A DNA stretch of 64,000 nucleotides, taken from contig DAOPMC010000001.1 of NCBI GenBank assembly GCA_035392025.1, forward strand, positions 68-64,067, read 5' to 3'. A model generated the notes under the pieces. That model saw only the letters and a program-made list of their open reading frames with translations, was not told the DNA's origin and made no database searches. This document shows, piece after piece, positions 1-10,649 of this stretch (within the stretch, counting starts at the first letter, position 1; each line of letters starts with the position of its first letter). The stretch is from Bacilli bacterium. Lineage in GTDB: Bacteria; Bacillota_I; Bacilli_A; RF39; UBA660. Both the position numbers and the translations under genes were made by a program.

Positions 1-13
1 GTCTACTATCAAA

Positions 14-42
14 TTGACAAGTTTGTTTAATTCTAATATACT
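14..42 (+). promoter_or_regulatory. Sigma-A type promoter for the rubrerythrin gene
   Basis: TTGACA at 14-19, 17-nt spacer, TATACT at 37-42; RBS AGGAGTG about 8 nt before the ATG at 64. The AT-rich palindromic-ish TAATATACTAATTAT over the -10 could be a PerR-type box, but that is speculative. Confidence 0.5.
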
Positions 43-63
43 AATTATGAAGGAGTGATATAA

Positions 64-603
64 ATGAAATTAAGTGGATCAAAAACGTGGGAAAATTTAC
101 TAACGGCATTTGCTGGAGAGTCGCAGGCACGAAATAAATATGATTATTATGCATCACAAGCCAAAAAAGATGGTTATGAGCAGATAGCAGGTATTTTTGA
201 AGAAACCGCCAGAAATGAAAAGGAACATGCAAAAATTTGGTTTAAAATATTACACAATAATAGTATGCCAAATACAAAAGATAACTTACTTGATGCTGCT
301 AAAGGGGAAAACTATGAGTGGACAGAAATGTATAAAGAGTTTGCTGAAGTTGCCAAAAGTGAGGGATTTGATGATATAGCAAAATTATTTAGTGAAGTTG
401 CTAACATTGAAAAAGAGCATGAAGAAAGATATTTAAAATTACTTGATAATGTCGATAAAGGCACAGTATTTGATAAAAATGAAGAAATAGTTTGGGTTTG
501 CAGGAATTGTGGATATGTCCATAGAGGAGCTGAAGCGCCAACTGTTTGCCCAGTTTGTTCTCACCCACAATCTTTCTTTGAACAAAAGAATAATAATTAC
601 TAA
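64..603 (+). CDS. rbr: Rubrerythrin (ferritin-like diiron domain plus C-terminal rubredoxin-like CxxC...CxxC)
   Basis: Translation has the E..EH diiron motifs twice and a C-terminal CRNCGY...CPVCSHP rubredoxin fold; length 179 aa is typical. Confidence 0.9.
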   Translation: MKLSGSKTWENLLTAFAGESQARNKYDYYASQAKKDGYEQIAGIFEETARNEKEHAKIWFKILHNNSMPNTKDNLLDAAKGENYEWTEMYKEFAEVAKSEGFDDIAKLFSEVANIEKEHEERYLKLLDNVDKGTVFDKNEEIVWVCRNCGYVHRGAEAPTVCPVCSHPQSFFEQKNNNY

Positions 604-628
604 AAAAATCGCTTAGCGATTTTTTTTA
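603..628. terminator. Bidirectional Rho-independent terminator between rbr (+) and truA (-)
   Basis: Perfect hairpin AAAAATCGC-TTA-GCGATTTTT flanked by A-run and T-run. Confidence 0.6.
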
Positions 629-1362
629 TTAAAATATATTTTATTTAAATATAATCCTTCACCAAGTACACTTTTTGAATTTCTTTTTTCACTTCCCAAA
701 AATATATTTGTTATATAATCTATTTCTTTTCTACCAATGCCAATATCTATTAATACCCCTACTATATTTCTAACCATATGACTTAAGAACCCATCTCCAA
801 CAAATGTCATTTTTATAGTGTCACCTTTTTTGTATATCGTGCACTTCAAAATTGTCCGAACACAATTGCTTTTTTCAATCTGATTGGTTGTAAAATTTCT
901 AAAATCATGTTTGCCTAATAACAATTTACTGGCTTTTCTCATTCTAATAATATTGATAGGTTTATTAAACTGATAAATATATTTATTTTTAAAAGGGTTA
1001 TATTCACCAACATTTATTAAATATATATATTCCTTTTTTATGCAATTATATCTAGCATGAAAGCTATTATCAACAATACTAACATTTTTAATACTAATAT
1101 CTTTATCAATCAGATTATTAATAATATATTTAAATTTGTCTGGATCATATTTTTGATTAATATCAAAATGAGCATATTGATTTATTGCATGAACTTTAAC
1201 GTCGGTTCTACTAGTAGCATGAATCATTATTTTTTCTTTTGCAATTATGGTTAAAACTTTTTCTAATTCACCTTGTACTGTTTTTCCCGCTTTTTGTCTT
1301 TGATATCCTAAAAAAGTAGATCCATCATAGGAAAAATTAATTAAATACCTCATATCACTCAA
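613..1362 (-). CDS. truA: tRNA pseudouridine(38-40) synthase TruA
   Basis: N-terminal YDGS.F.GYQRQ and TSRTD.KVHA motifs characteristic of TruA; 249 aa. Confidence 0.85.
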   Translation of the reverse strand: MSDMRYLINFSYDGSTFLGYQRQKAGKTVQGELEKVLTIIAKEKIMIHATSRTDVKVHAINQYAHFDINQKYDPDKFKYIINNLIDKDISIKNVSIVDNSFHARYNCIKKEYIYLINVGEYNPFKNKYIYQFNKPINIIRMRKASKLLLGKHDFRNFTTNQIEKSNCVRTILKCTIYKKGDTIKMTFVGDGFLSHMVRNIVGVLIDIGIGRKEIDYITNIFLGSEKRNSKSVLGEGLYLNKIYFNKKNR

Positions 1363-2128
1363 TACTCCTATATATATCTTTTATTAAATCTTTTACATTG
1401 TCTCTGGCATGAAATTTTATTCCTTTTTTACTATAAACCAATCTGCTAAATTTTACTATTTGTGGGCCATCTATCCCATTTTCTTCCAATTTTTCATAAT
1501 TATCATTAAAGATATCTTTACTACCTTGTAATAATAATTCGCCTTTTTTAATTACAATATATTTATCACCAAATGTATATGAAAAATCAGTATCATTTAA
1601 TAATATTACTATTGTTTTACCATACTTAGTTTTTAACATCATAACAACATTCTTAACCATTTCTTTGGCATCATCATCTAAATATCCAAATATATCATCC
1701 AAAATTAATAGCTTAAAATGCCTAGATATTGCCATTGCAAATTTTAACAATATCTGTTCACCAAATGATAAATCACCTATAAACTTACTTCTTTTATCTT
1801 CTAAACCTACTATTTTTAAAGATTCTTTAATTCTTTTTAATATGGTATCTTTATCATAACCAGCCTGTTCTAAAAATGATACGAATTCTGCATTTATGGT
1901 TTTATATCTAAATGTATCTTTACTTGAAATATGTGTTATTTCACAAATTTGAAAATTTAAATTTCCATTTATATAAATGGAACCATCATAATTAGTATCA
2001 CATGTTAAAAGTTTATAAACATCATATTTAGATTCATCGCCAATAATACAATTAATTTTATTGCCAAATATTTTAAAAGACAAATTTTTAAGTTTATTGT
2101 AATTAATATTTTTAAATTCTATTTCCAT
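1355..2128 (-). CDS. ABC-type ATPase, EcfA2-like, with degenerate Walker A
   Basis: LSFGEQ signature-like and LLILDD Walker B. Position upstream of truA matches the ecfA-ecfA'-ecfT-truA arrangement in Firmicutes, but the Walker A is degenerate (IGDESKYD) and there is no ecfT. Confidence 0.5.
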   Translation of the reverse strand: MEIEFKNINYNKLKNLSFKIFGNKINCIIGDESKYDVYKLLTCDTNYDGSIYINGNLNFQICEITHISSKDTFRYKTINAEFVSFLEQAGYDKDTILKRIKESLKIVGLEDKRSKFIGDLSFGEQILLKFAMAISRHFKLLILDDIFGYLDDDAKEMVKNVVMMLKTKYGKTIVILLNDTDFSYTFGDKYIVIKKGELLLQGSKDIFNDNYEKLEENGIDGPQIVKFSRLVYSKKGIKFHARDNVKDLIKDIYRSIE

Positions 2129-2826
2129 ATATAATAGACCATCCTATCCATATCAGTAACTATTTTATTTACCAAGCCGTATGACCTAAGTTTTAAAGAT
2201 AAATCTACCATAAAGGGCAATCTCAAACCAATACTATTTATTATTTTTTCATTTTTAAAAACTTCCATAGTTTTATCAAAAAATAAAATATTATAATTAT
2301 TCATCACAAGTACATAATCACTAAAAAGACAATAATCTAACTTATAAGTAGAAAATAAAACTGTCATACCTTTGGCACATTGCTTTTTCAAATATTTCAA
2401 GATTTCTTCCGTTTCACTTCTTGAAAATTCTGCAAATAGATTGTCAATTATTAAAACATCTGGATTGGTAACTAAAGCATTTGCTAACAAAAACCTTTTA
2501 AAATCAATATCACTTAAAGTTTTCACATCAGTATAAATATAATCGTAAATATTAAACTGCTTTAAAACTCTTTTTATTCGTGATTTAGTCTCCTTATTAG
2601 TAACACCATAAGAATATAAAGTATTATATAATTCTTCTTTAATAGAACTATTAAATTTTTTTTTATCATTGACACAGCTTAGTATAAATTTATTATCAAT
2701 ATTTTTTGATATTTCATCTAGTAAAAAAGTCTTTCCACAACCAATAGGACCAATTATAGATATAAATGATCCTTTTTCAATACTTATCTTAAAATTATTT
2801 AAAACTTTACTGTCAAAAATAGTCAT
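2119..2826 (-). CDS. ABC-type ATPase, EcfA1-like
   Basis: Walker A GPIGCGKTFL, Walker B LIIDN; short (235 aa); overlaps the downstream ATPase by 10 nt as in ecfA pairs. Confidence 0.55.
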   Translation of the reverse strand: MTIFDSKVLNNFKISIEKGSFISIIGPIGCGKTFLLDEISKNIDNKFILSCVNDKKKFNSSIKEELYNTLYSYGVTNKETKSRIKRVLKQFNIYDYIYTDVKTLSDIDFKRFLLANALVTNPDVLIIDNLFAEFSRSETEEILKYLKKQCAKGMTVLFSTYKLDYCLFSDYVLVMNNYNILFFDKTMEVFKNEKIINSIGLRLPFMVDLSLKLRSYGLVNKIVTDMDRMVYYIWK

Positions 2827-2879
2827 GCTTTTCTCCTAAATACGTTATATTATAACAAACTATAATTAAAAAAGATAGA

Positions 2880-3641
2880 TTATTTTCTATCCTTTCTCTT
2901 CTGTGAATTATATGTTATTTTCAATAACTGCTTCCGTGATAAAAATTTACTCATGAATGCCACTATCTTTATATCAAAACCCGGAATAATCATAAATTTA
3001 TTTTTATCAAGTGCCATATCAATAGCATATTTTGCTACTTTTTTGCTAGAAATTTGATTTAGGCTAAATTTTACTCCAGCAACATTGTCAAAGTTCGTTG
3101 CAACTGGTCCTGGACAAACAACTGATATTTTTACATTTGATTTATTTCTACGCAATTCCTCATAAATTGCAGAAGAAAAACTTACAACGTAACTTTTGGT
3201 TGCGTAATATGTTGACATCAAAGGCCCTCCAGGTAATAATCCCGCAACAGATGCAATATTAATTATATGCCCACTGCCTTTTTCTTCAAAATCCTTTAAA
3301 AACATTTTAGTTAAAATATGGACTGCTCGAATATTGACATTAATCATATCAGTTTCTTTGAATACATCTGTAGACCTATAATCGCCAAGCGATCCAAAAC
3401 CAGCACAATTAATCAAAACATCTATATTCTCTTTTTGAGTCACCAAATATAAATCTTTAATGGATTTTTCTACCGATAAATCCATTATTGCTAATTGTAT
3501 ATTTGTTTTTAACTCCCCTTGTAATTCCTCTAGTTTTTGCTTATCTCTTGCGACAAGAATTAAATCATAGCCTAGATTGCTTAAATATCTCGCCATATCT
3601 CTGCCTATCCCAGAAGATGCACCCGTGACTAAAGCTTTCAT
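2880..3641 (-). CDS. Short-chain dehydrogenase/reductase (SDR) family oxidoreductase
   Basis: N-terminal TGASSGIGR Rossmann motif and the SDR catalytic Y..K region. Confidence 0.8.
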   Translation of the reverse strand: MKALVTGASSGIGRDMARYLSNLGYDLILVARDKQKLEELQGELKTNIQLAIMDLSVEKSIKDLYLVTQKENIDVLINCAGFGSLGDYRSTDVFKETDMINVNIRAVHILTKMFLKDFEEKGSGHIINIASVAGLLPGGPLMSTYYATKSYVVSFSSAIYEELRRNKSNVKISVVCPGPVATNFDNVAGVKFSLNQISSKKVAKYAIDMALDKNKFMIIPGFDIKIVAFMSKFLSRKQLLKITYNSQKRKDRK

Positions 3642-3656
3642 AAAAACCTCCTATTT

Positions 3657-4925
3657 TTATATTATTTCATTTAGGCAAAAAACAGCGTAGAAAGGAATAT
3701 ATTTAATGCCATTCTTTACCATAAAATTATCTTCACCAACTCTAATTGCCTCTTTCAATTCATATTTATTCATCACAAGTTTCAAGCTTTTTGACTTTGC
3801 CATATTTTTTCTAACAATTTCAATTGGAATAATCTTTCCCGATCTAGCTTGAATTAAAAAATCAATTTCTGACTTGCCGCCAGATTGATGATAATATAAA
3901 TTAAAACCGCTATTTTTAAGTGTCGTTGCTAAATCATTTTCATATAATAAATATAATGTGTGCGAATCCGTAAGCAACTTATTATAACTTATTCCCAATT
4001 TTTTAAATAAAATCCCTGAATTAGTATAATATAGCTTAAAGCTATCATCATCTCTATGCTTACTAAGTGGGGGGGTTATATCCTCAACCTTATAACTTCT
4101 TAAGACTATATCATTATTTATCATATAATTAATGGCATTATCATATTCCTTGGATCTTCCACCTTGCTTCAACAAACCATATTGAAACTTTTTATTATCT
4201 TTTGACAGTTGTAAAAAGATATTATCATACACTTCTATACCACGCTTTATATCGATTAAATTATCTAATAATAATAACATCCCTTTTTGTAAATTTGAAT
4301 TATTTTGATGATGTGCATTTGTTATGTTTATATCTTTGCATTCTGCGTTTGTAATTATCTCTGGATATCCTCCTGTTAATATATAATCATTATATATTTC
4401 AAATGCCATTGTATGAAAGGGCATTTGTACATTTGTTTTAAATGAATCAACAATAAAATCTATTAGTTGCTCTTTGCCCATATATTTTAGATATTCGCTA
4501 AAGCTTACTAATTGCATATTTTTGATTACTATATCATCAAATTTTTTATCAATGAAAATATTTTTCTGATTTGTAATCATAATTATGTGATATAAACTAT
4601 TTCCTAAAAATAATTTTTTTATTTTTTCCAAAACATTTACAGTCACATTATCAAATATAATTAAACTTTCCTCTTGCAAAATAGTTTCTAGTGAAATAGC
4701 AGATAAACCTCTAATAACTTTATCCACCGTATTATTTTTTTCTAGGACATAATTAAGTTCAATATTTTCTATACATTCAAAATATATAGTATTCTTATAC
4801 TCTTTTTTGCCGAAATCCAGCACGCTATATGTCTTCCCACAACTATTTGGGCCATATAATAACATTGGTTTTTTAATTTTATCTTTCTTCCACTGTAAAA
4901 GAGTATTGAATATTTTTCGTTCCAT
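3657..4925 (-). CDS. Predicted AAA-superfamily ATPase (AAA_14 / DUF4143-like)
   Basis: P-loop LLYGPNSCGKTY near the N-terminus; about 420 aa, typical of the 'ATPase (AAA+ superfamily)' DUF4143 proteins in Firmicutes. Confidence 0.5.
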   Translation of the reverse strand: MERKIFNTLLQWKKDKIKKPMLLYGPNSCGKTYSVLDFGKKEYKNTIYFECIENIELNYVLEKNNTVDKVIRGLSAISLETILQEESLIIFDNVTVNVLEKIKKLFLGNSLYHIIMITNQKNIFIDKKFDDIVIKNMQLVSFSEYLKYMGKEQLIDFIVDSFKTNVQMPFHTMAFEIYNDYILTGGYPEIITNAECKDINITNAHHQNNSNLQKGMLLLLDNLIDIKRGIEVYDNIFLQLSKDNKKFQYGLLKQGGRSKEYDNAINYMINNDIVLRSYKVEDITPPLSKHRDDDSFKLYYTNSGILFKKLGISYNKLLTDSHTLYLLYENDLATTLKNSGFNLYYHQSGGKSEIDFLIQARSGKIIPIEIVRKNMAKSKSLKLVMNKYELKEAIRVGEDNFMVKNGIKYIPFYAVFCLNEII

Positions 4926-5038
4926 AAAAAGTAATCACCTCACATTTATTAATAATTTAATTATAAATTATTAATAATAATAAGTCAACAAGGTGTAAAT
5001 GAATAATTATACAAAATAAAAAAGACCTATACAAGCGT

Positions 5039-5812
5039 CTATTTACTTCCTACTTTATGAAACTCCAATCGTAATTTATCTGCTACTGTTACTATAAATT
5101 CTGAGTTAGTTGGCTTTGCTTTATCAATATCAACACTATGGCCAAATATCTCTTCCATTAGATCCCAATTACCGCGATTCCAACTAACCTCTATTGCATG
5201 TCTAATAGCTCTTTCAACTCTAGAAACAGTTGTATCAAATTTGGTAGCAATTTCAGGATATAATTCCTTAGTTATTCCACCAACAACTTCAGGCCTACTA
5301 TAAATAATTGATATGCCTTCCCGTATATATTGATATCCTTTAATGTGCGATGGTAATCCTAACTCATGTAATATCTTTGTAATTGATATCTGCAAATTGT
5401 TATGATAAAGATTGATAGATTTGTTATCATAATTTTTATCATCTACTGCCTCTAGAATTCTTCTTTCAAGTTCTGCAAGTTCAAACGGTTTTAGTAGAAA
5501 ATAATCTACTCCCATCTCCGAAACCTTTCTAATAATATCTGGTGAATTATAAGAAGTCAGTACAATAACTTTCTTATCAATGTTAAACCGCTTCATTTGC
5601 TCCAATACATACATACCATCTCTTTTAGGCATAACCAAATCTAAAATAATAACATCATAGTCATCTACCCTAGATTTAATCATTTCAAAACCCTCTTCCC
5701 CATCTTTAGCATCTAATACGACCTCAATGCTTTTGTGACTGCTAAAATATTCTTTAACCATTGTTACTAGTTGAATATTGTCATCAATCATCAGTACATT
5801 CGCATTTTTCAT
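5039..5812 (-). CDS. spo0A: Stage 0 sporulation master regulator Spo0A
   Basis: Receiver domain (IDDN...D...K) plus the Spo0A-specific C-terminal domain ([42 protein letters not shown]). The ORF-track start at 5944 is read-through; the likely start ATG at 5812-5810 is preceded by GGGAGAG. Confidence 0.9.
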   Translation of the reverse strand: MKNANVLMIDDNIQLVTMVKEYFSSHKSIEVVLDAKDGEEGFEMIKSRVDDYDVIILDLVMPKRDGMYVLEQMKRFNIDKKVIVLTSYNSPDIIRKVSEMGVDYFLLKPFELAELERRILEAVDDKNYDNKSINLYHNNLQISITKILHELGLPSHIKGYQYIREGISIIYSRPEVVGGITKELYPEIATKFDTTVSRVERAIRHAIEVSWNRGNWDLMEEIFGHSVDIDKAKPTNSEFIVTVADKLRLEFHKVGSK

Positions 5813-6016
5813 ATTCTCTCCCTTCAGTACTGCCGTATAATCATATTCTACTACACATTTAAAAAAGAGTATAGAGCAAAAAAACACTAATTTTGTCGAA
5901 CAAATTAATTTATACTTTGTTATCTCTAAATTTTTGTATTTCACATTTAAATAAATTATCTTTTATGGTTACGTTTTCTGTCGTTATTTCATTTGCTTTA
6001 GTACATGGATATTCAC

Positions 6017-6439
6017 CTACTTTATATAATACATAATTATATATATCCCATCTTTTTTATTTATTTTTACAACTATAGTATCTTGATTATTTTCTTTTTC
6101 TAGACTTTTGCTAAATTCGTTATCTTCAACAATAATATACTTTTCTGCCAATAAACTAAGCATATAATTATCTATATCTTTACTAGTTACATATTTATAT
6201 ATAATAGTTACATTCTTATTATACTTATTGTCTATGCTTTCAATTTTTCTAATTCCAACTACATTATATATTGATATAACATCATTTCCAGCAATTGATA
6301 TCCATAATTTTTCTTCATACTTTCTAACCATAATATATGTTATTGTAATATAAGTAATTATTGTAATCGCTGTTAAACTTAATAATAGTGATGCAACTTG
6401 ACATATTATATTTGACCTTTTACTAATCATAATTACCAC
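6017..6439 (-). CDS. Hypothetical membrane-anchored protein
   Basis: N-terminal hydrophobic segment, then a 100-aa extremely AT-rich Lys/Ile/Asn-rich domain; no motif recognised. Confidence 0.35.
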   Translation of the reverse strand: MVIMISKRSNIICQVASLLLSLTAITIITYITITYIMVRKYEEKLWISIAGNDVISIYNVVGIRKIESIDNKYNKNVTIIYKYVTSKDIDNYMLSLLAEKYIIVEDNEFSKSLEKENNQDTIVVKINKKDGIYIIMYYIK

Positions 6440-6450
6440 CTTTATTGTAA

Positions 6451-7164
6451 CTATATAACTTTAAATATTTGTTGTACTTTTTTATAATCTGTACTAGCAC
6501 TGCCGACTAAAACTCCATCCACGCATTGCAAATTAAATATCTGTTCAATATTTGTTTCATTAACACTACCGCCATATAATACCTTTATGTTAACATTATA
6601 TAATTTTAGCACTATCTCTTTTATAGTATCAATAGTCTCTGCTATCTCTTTAACACTAGCTGCATTCTTGCCTATTGCCCATATCGGCTCATAGGCTATT
6701 GTTATAGCCGAATCTATTACTACTTCTTTAAAACATTCTTTTATTTGTTTTAAAAGTACTATGTCAGTTTTCCTTAGCAATCTCTCTTCTTTAGTTTCCC
6801 CAACACAAACTATTGGGTTTATTCCAAAGTTTAATGCACTTTTAATTTTTAAGTTTATGTCACTCGTAGTCTCATTAAATAACTCTTTTCTTTCGCTATG
6901 CCCAATTATTGCATATGATACCCCCAGAGACTTTAACTGTTTCGCACAAACTTCTCCAGTTACTGCACCCATATCTTTGTAAAATAAATTTTGTACGCCT
7001 AACTTAAAATCATATCTGCCATCAAAATATGGTAAATATATATTACTTGGGCATACAACGACATTAATATCTTGAGGAATTCTATCTTTTATTTCAATAA
7101 TATATTTATTTATTTCCTCTTTTGTTAAAAACATTTTATGGTTTAAAACTAACATCTTTTTCAT
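6451..7164 (-). CDS. tpiA: Triosephosphate isomerase
   Basis: NHKM (NWKM-like), GHSERK and AYEPIWAIG motifs. Confidence 0.85.
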   Translation of the reverse strand: MKKMLVLNHKMFLTKEEINKYIIEIKDRIPQDINVVVCPSNIYLPYFDGRYDFKLGVQNLFYKDMGAVTGEVCAKQLKSLGVSYAIIGHSERKELFNETTSDINLKIKSALNFGINPIVCVGETKEERLLRKTDIVLLKQIKECFKEVVIDSAITIAYEPIWAIGKNAASVKEIAETIDTIKEIVLKLYNVNIKVLYGGSVNETNIEQIFNLQCVDGVLVGSASTDYKKVQQIFKVI

Positions 7165-7171
7165 AAAATCA

Positions 7172-8344
7172 CTACTTTTCCCTAATATTCTTTAGACCAG
7201 GCAAATCTTTAGACCCGATATATTCTAATGCAGCTCCACCACCAGTAGATAAAAATGACAATTTATCTGCAAAACCAAATTGGTTGGCACAAGTAACAAT
7301 ATCTCCCCCACCAATTATGCTATACGTTCTTGAATTTGCAACAAACTCCAATATCTTTATTGTTCCCTCTTGATAATTTTTAAATTCATATACGCCTAAA
7401 GGCCCGTTCCAAAATAAAGTTTTGGCATCTGCTAATTCTTTTTTGAAAAATTCAACTGTTTTTGGACCAATATCAAGTCCCATTTGATATTTTTTTATTT
7501 GATCAGTCATAAGTGCTGGAGAATCAACAAATTCATTGCCTACTTTAAAATCAATTGGCAAAATAATTTTATCGTTATAATTATCTAAAATATTTTTACA
7601 AAATTCAATTTGATCATATTCTACTATTGATTTTCCAATTTCAATACCTTTTGCTTTTAAAAAAGTAAATGCCATTCCTCCACCTATTAATATTTTATCT
7701 GCCTTTACAACTAAATTTTCTATTACTTTAAGTTTGTCTGATACTTTAGATCCACCCATAATAACCATAAATGGTCTCTCTGGATTATCTAGTTTGTCTA
7801 ACTCATGCAATTCTTTTTCTACTAAAAATCCTATTGCACTTGATAAAAATGAAGATATCCCAACATTTGATGCATGTTCCCTATGTAGTGTGCCAAAAGC
7901 ATCATTAATAAATAATTCACCAAGACTAGCCCAATATTTAGCCAGTTCTTGATTATTTTTGCTTTCTTTTGAACCATCAATATCTTCAAACCTAGTATTT
8001 TCTAATAATAATGCTTCACCATATGGTAATGATTTAATAGCATTTTCTACTGCTAATCCTGTTGTTGCATTAACGAAATGTACTTTACCATTAAGAAGTT
8101 CATCCAATCTCTCGGCAACCGGTTTTAAACTATTGCTTTTAGCATCACTATAAGTCTTAACTTTTCCAAGATGTGATAAAATGATTGCTTTGCCACCATT
8201 ATCAAGAACATATTTAATAGTTTCAACACTCGCAATTATCCTACTATCATCAATGATTTTACCATTTTTAAGAGGTACATTCAAATCTGATCTAACTATT
8301 ACTGTTTTACCTTTTACATTAATATCCTTAACATTTACTTTCAT
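7172..8344 (-). CDS. pgk: Phosphoglycerate kinase
   Basis: 390 aa; conserved RSDLNVP N-terminus and the C-terminal GGGA/STGGGA motifs. Confidence 0.9.
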   Translation of the reverse strand: MKVNVKDINVKGKTVIVRSDLNVPLKNGKIIDDSRIIASVETIKYVLDNGGKAIILSHLGKVKTYSDAKSNSLKPVAERLDELLNGKVHFVNATTGLAVENAIKSLPYGEALLLENTRFEDIDGSKESKNNQELAKYWASLGELFINDAFGTLHREHASNVGISSFLSSAIGFLVEKELHELDKLDNPERPFMVIMGGSKVSDKLKVIENLVVKADKILIGGGMAFTFLKAKGIEIGKSIVEYDQIEFCKNILDNYNDKIILPIDFKVGNEFVDSPALMTDQIKKYQMGLDIGPKTVEFFKKELADAKTLFWNGPLGVYEFKNYQEGTIKILEFVANSRTYSIIGGGDIVTCANQFGFADKLSFLSTGGGAALEYIGSKDLPGLKNIREK

Positions 8345-8420
8345 TTAGTATCACCAATTATATTTTATCATATATTTTATTAAATAAAAGTGTTAAAATA
8401 TATTTAAGTGAGTTGATATT

Positions 8421-9599
8421 ATGAGAATTGGTTTGTTTTCTGAAGTATATTATCCATCAATTGGCGGTGTTGCAACTGCGATTACGACTTTAAAAAGAGG
8501 TTTAGAAGAGTTAGGACACGAAGTATACATCATAACAACTTCATACAATGATTTTAGATATTGTATAGAAGATAATGGTCATTTGATCAGGCTTTCTGGA
8601 ATGAAAAGCAATTTGTATGATTTTAGAATTACTGGCCCTATGCATCATAAAGCCTTTACATACTTAAAAAGTTTAAATCTAGATGTTATTCATATTCAGA
8701 CAGAATTTGGCGTTGGCATGTTTGGTAAGTCCGTTGCAAAATCTCTTAAGATTCCTCTAATTCATACCTTTCACACCTTATATACAGATGATGCATACTT
8801 AAACTATGTTCTCGGTGGTAATTTTAAACCACTTACTAAAAAAGCAATAGAAAAATACATCAAACTTTTTTGTAGCAAAAGCATAAATGCAATAACTGTT
8901 CCTTCAGAAAAAACCAAAGAAATTCTGGAAAACAAATATAAAATTAAAAGAAATATTTATGTCATATCAAACGGCATAGATTTAGAAAAATTTAATAAAT
9001 CTAACTTTTTAGAATCAGATATTAATAGTTTAAAGAAAATTTACGGCATTAGTAAAAATGATTTTATTCTTCTTTTTGCAGGTAGAGTTGCAGATGAAAA
9101 GAATATTGACTTTCTTATTAAGAATCATACTTCGATAATAAAAAAGAATAAACATGTAAAACTTTTAATTGCAGGCGGTGGTCCTGCACTTGATAAGTTA
9201 AAAGATTTAGTTAAAACCTTAAAATTAGAAAAAAATGTTATTTTTACAGATCGTATTGATCCTAAAAATATGAATAGATATTATCAATTAGGGAATGTCT
9301 TTGTCACTGCATCAACCAGTGAAACACAAGGATTGACAACAGTCGAGGCATTAGCTTCATCACTACCTGCTTTTTGTATTAATGACGATAGTTTTAAGAC
9401 AACAGTTATCCCTAACTACAATGGAGATTTGTTTATTGATAATATGGATTATATAGAAAAAATCATTAATATTGTAAATAACAAAAAATTGTTGCGACAA
9501 ATGGTGCTAAATTCAAGGATGAGCGTTGATAACTATAGTGCTAAAGGTTTTGCTAGCAATATGATAAAAGTATATGAATCATGCAAGAAAAAAAGATAG
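8421..9599 (+). CDS. GT4-family glycosyltransferase (diacylglycerol glucosyltransferase-like)
   Basis: YYPSIGGV N-terminal motif and the C-terminal E..G...EA GT-B motif; 392 aa; sits on the opposite strand between pgk and gap. Confidence 0.7.
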   Translation: MRIGLFSEVYYPSIGGVATAITTLKRGLEELGHEVYIITTSYNDFRYCIEDNGHLIRLSGMKSNLYDFRITGPMHHKAFTYLKSLNLDVIHIQTEFGVGMFGKSVAKSLKIPLIHTFHTLYTDDAYLNYVLGGNFKPLTKKAIEKYIKLFCSKSINAITVPSEKTKEILENKYKIKRNIYVISNGIDLEKFNKSNFLESDINSLKKIYGISKNDFILLFAGRVADEKNIDFLIKNHTSIIKKNKHVKLLIAGGGPALDKLKDLVKTLKLEKNVIFTDRIDPKNMNRYYQLGNVFVTASTSETQGLTTVEALASSLPAFCINDDSFKTTVIPNYNGDLFIDNMDYIEKIINIVNNKKLLRQMVLNSRMSVDNYSAKGFASNMIKVYESCKKKR

Positions 9600-9611
9600 T
9601 TGTCTATCTTT

Positions 9612-10631
9612 TTAAATTGTGTCTATTTCTTTTAAATTGCACCAATATTTGGCTGTTCTTACCATTTGTGCACTATAACCCATTTCGTTATCATACCAAG
9701 CCACCACTTTGGCCATCTGTTTTCCATCAACATCAAGAACTGAAGTACATTTTAAATCAACAACTGCACCATACAATTCACCAATAACATCACTCGATAC
9801 TATCGGATCATTAGTGTAAGTAATTGTGTTGTTTACATTTTCTTTATATAAATTATTTATTTCTTCTACTGTTGCATTCTTTGATAATTCTAATACCAAA
9901 TCAACAACAGAACCCGTTGTTACCGGAACTCTAAGCGCAGTCCCAGATAACTTATTATCTAATTTAGGAATTACCTTACCAATTGCTTTAGCAGCCCCTG
10001 TTGAGGTTGGTACTATATTTGCAGCTGATGCTCTACCTCTTCTAGATTCTATTCCCTTTTTATGAGCAACATCTAAGTTTGCTTGATCATTGGTATACGC
10101 ATGCACCGTGGTCATATATCCTTTTACTATACCAATATTGTCATCCAGTACTTTAAGTACTGGCGCTAAACAATTTGTAGTACAACTTGCTGCCGAAATT
10201 ATTTTTTCATCACCATTTAAAATATTTTCATTAACATTATAAACGATAGTTTTAGCATCACCTTTTGCAGGTGCTGATATTATTACTTTCTTAGCACCAG
10301 CAGAAATATGTGCTCTTGCTTTTTCAACATCAGTGAATGCTCCTGTACATTCAAATACAACATCTACGCCTAATTCTCGCCATGGTAAATTTAATGGATC
10401 TTTTTCTGCAAATATTTTTATTTCCTTATTCCCTACTATCAACAAGTTTTCCTTAAAATCAATATCTTCCTTACGATATGAGCGATAATTAGTATCATAC
10501 TTTAATAAATATGCTAATTGTTCTGCATCAGTTAAATCATTAATCGCTACAACATTTATATCGTTATCTTGATCCATTAACCTAAAAACTAATCTTCCTA
10601 TTCTTCCAAAACCATTTATTGCTACTTTCAT
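9612..10631 (-). CDS. gap: Glyceraldehyde-3-phosphate dehydrogenase
   Basis: INGFGRIGR NAD-binding N-terminus and the catalytic SCTTNCLAP motif. Confidence 0.9.
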   Translation of the reverse strand: MKVAINGFGRIGRLVFRLMDQDNDINVVAINDLTDAEQLAYLLKYDTNYRSYRKEDIDFKENLLIVGNKEIKIFAEKDPLNLPWRELGVDVVFECTGAFTDVEKARAHISAGAKKVIISAPAKGDAKTIVYNVNENILNGDEKIISAASCTTNCLAPVLKVLDDNIGIVKGYMTTVHAYTNDQANLDVAHKKGIESRRGRASAANIVPTSTGAAKAIGKVIPKLDNKLSGTALRVPVTTGSVVDLVLELSKNATVEEINNLYKENVNNTITYTNDPIVSSDVIGELYGAVVDLKCTSVLDVDGKQMAKVVAWYDNEMGYSAQMVRTAKYWCNLKEIDTI

Positions 10632-10649
10632 ATATTTCTCTCCTTCTAT

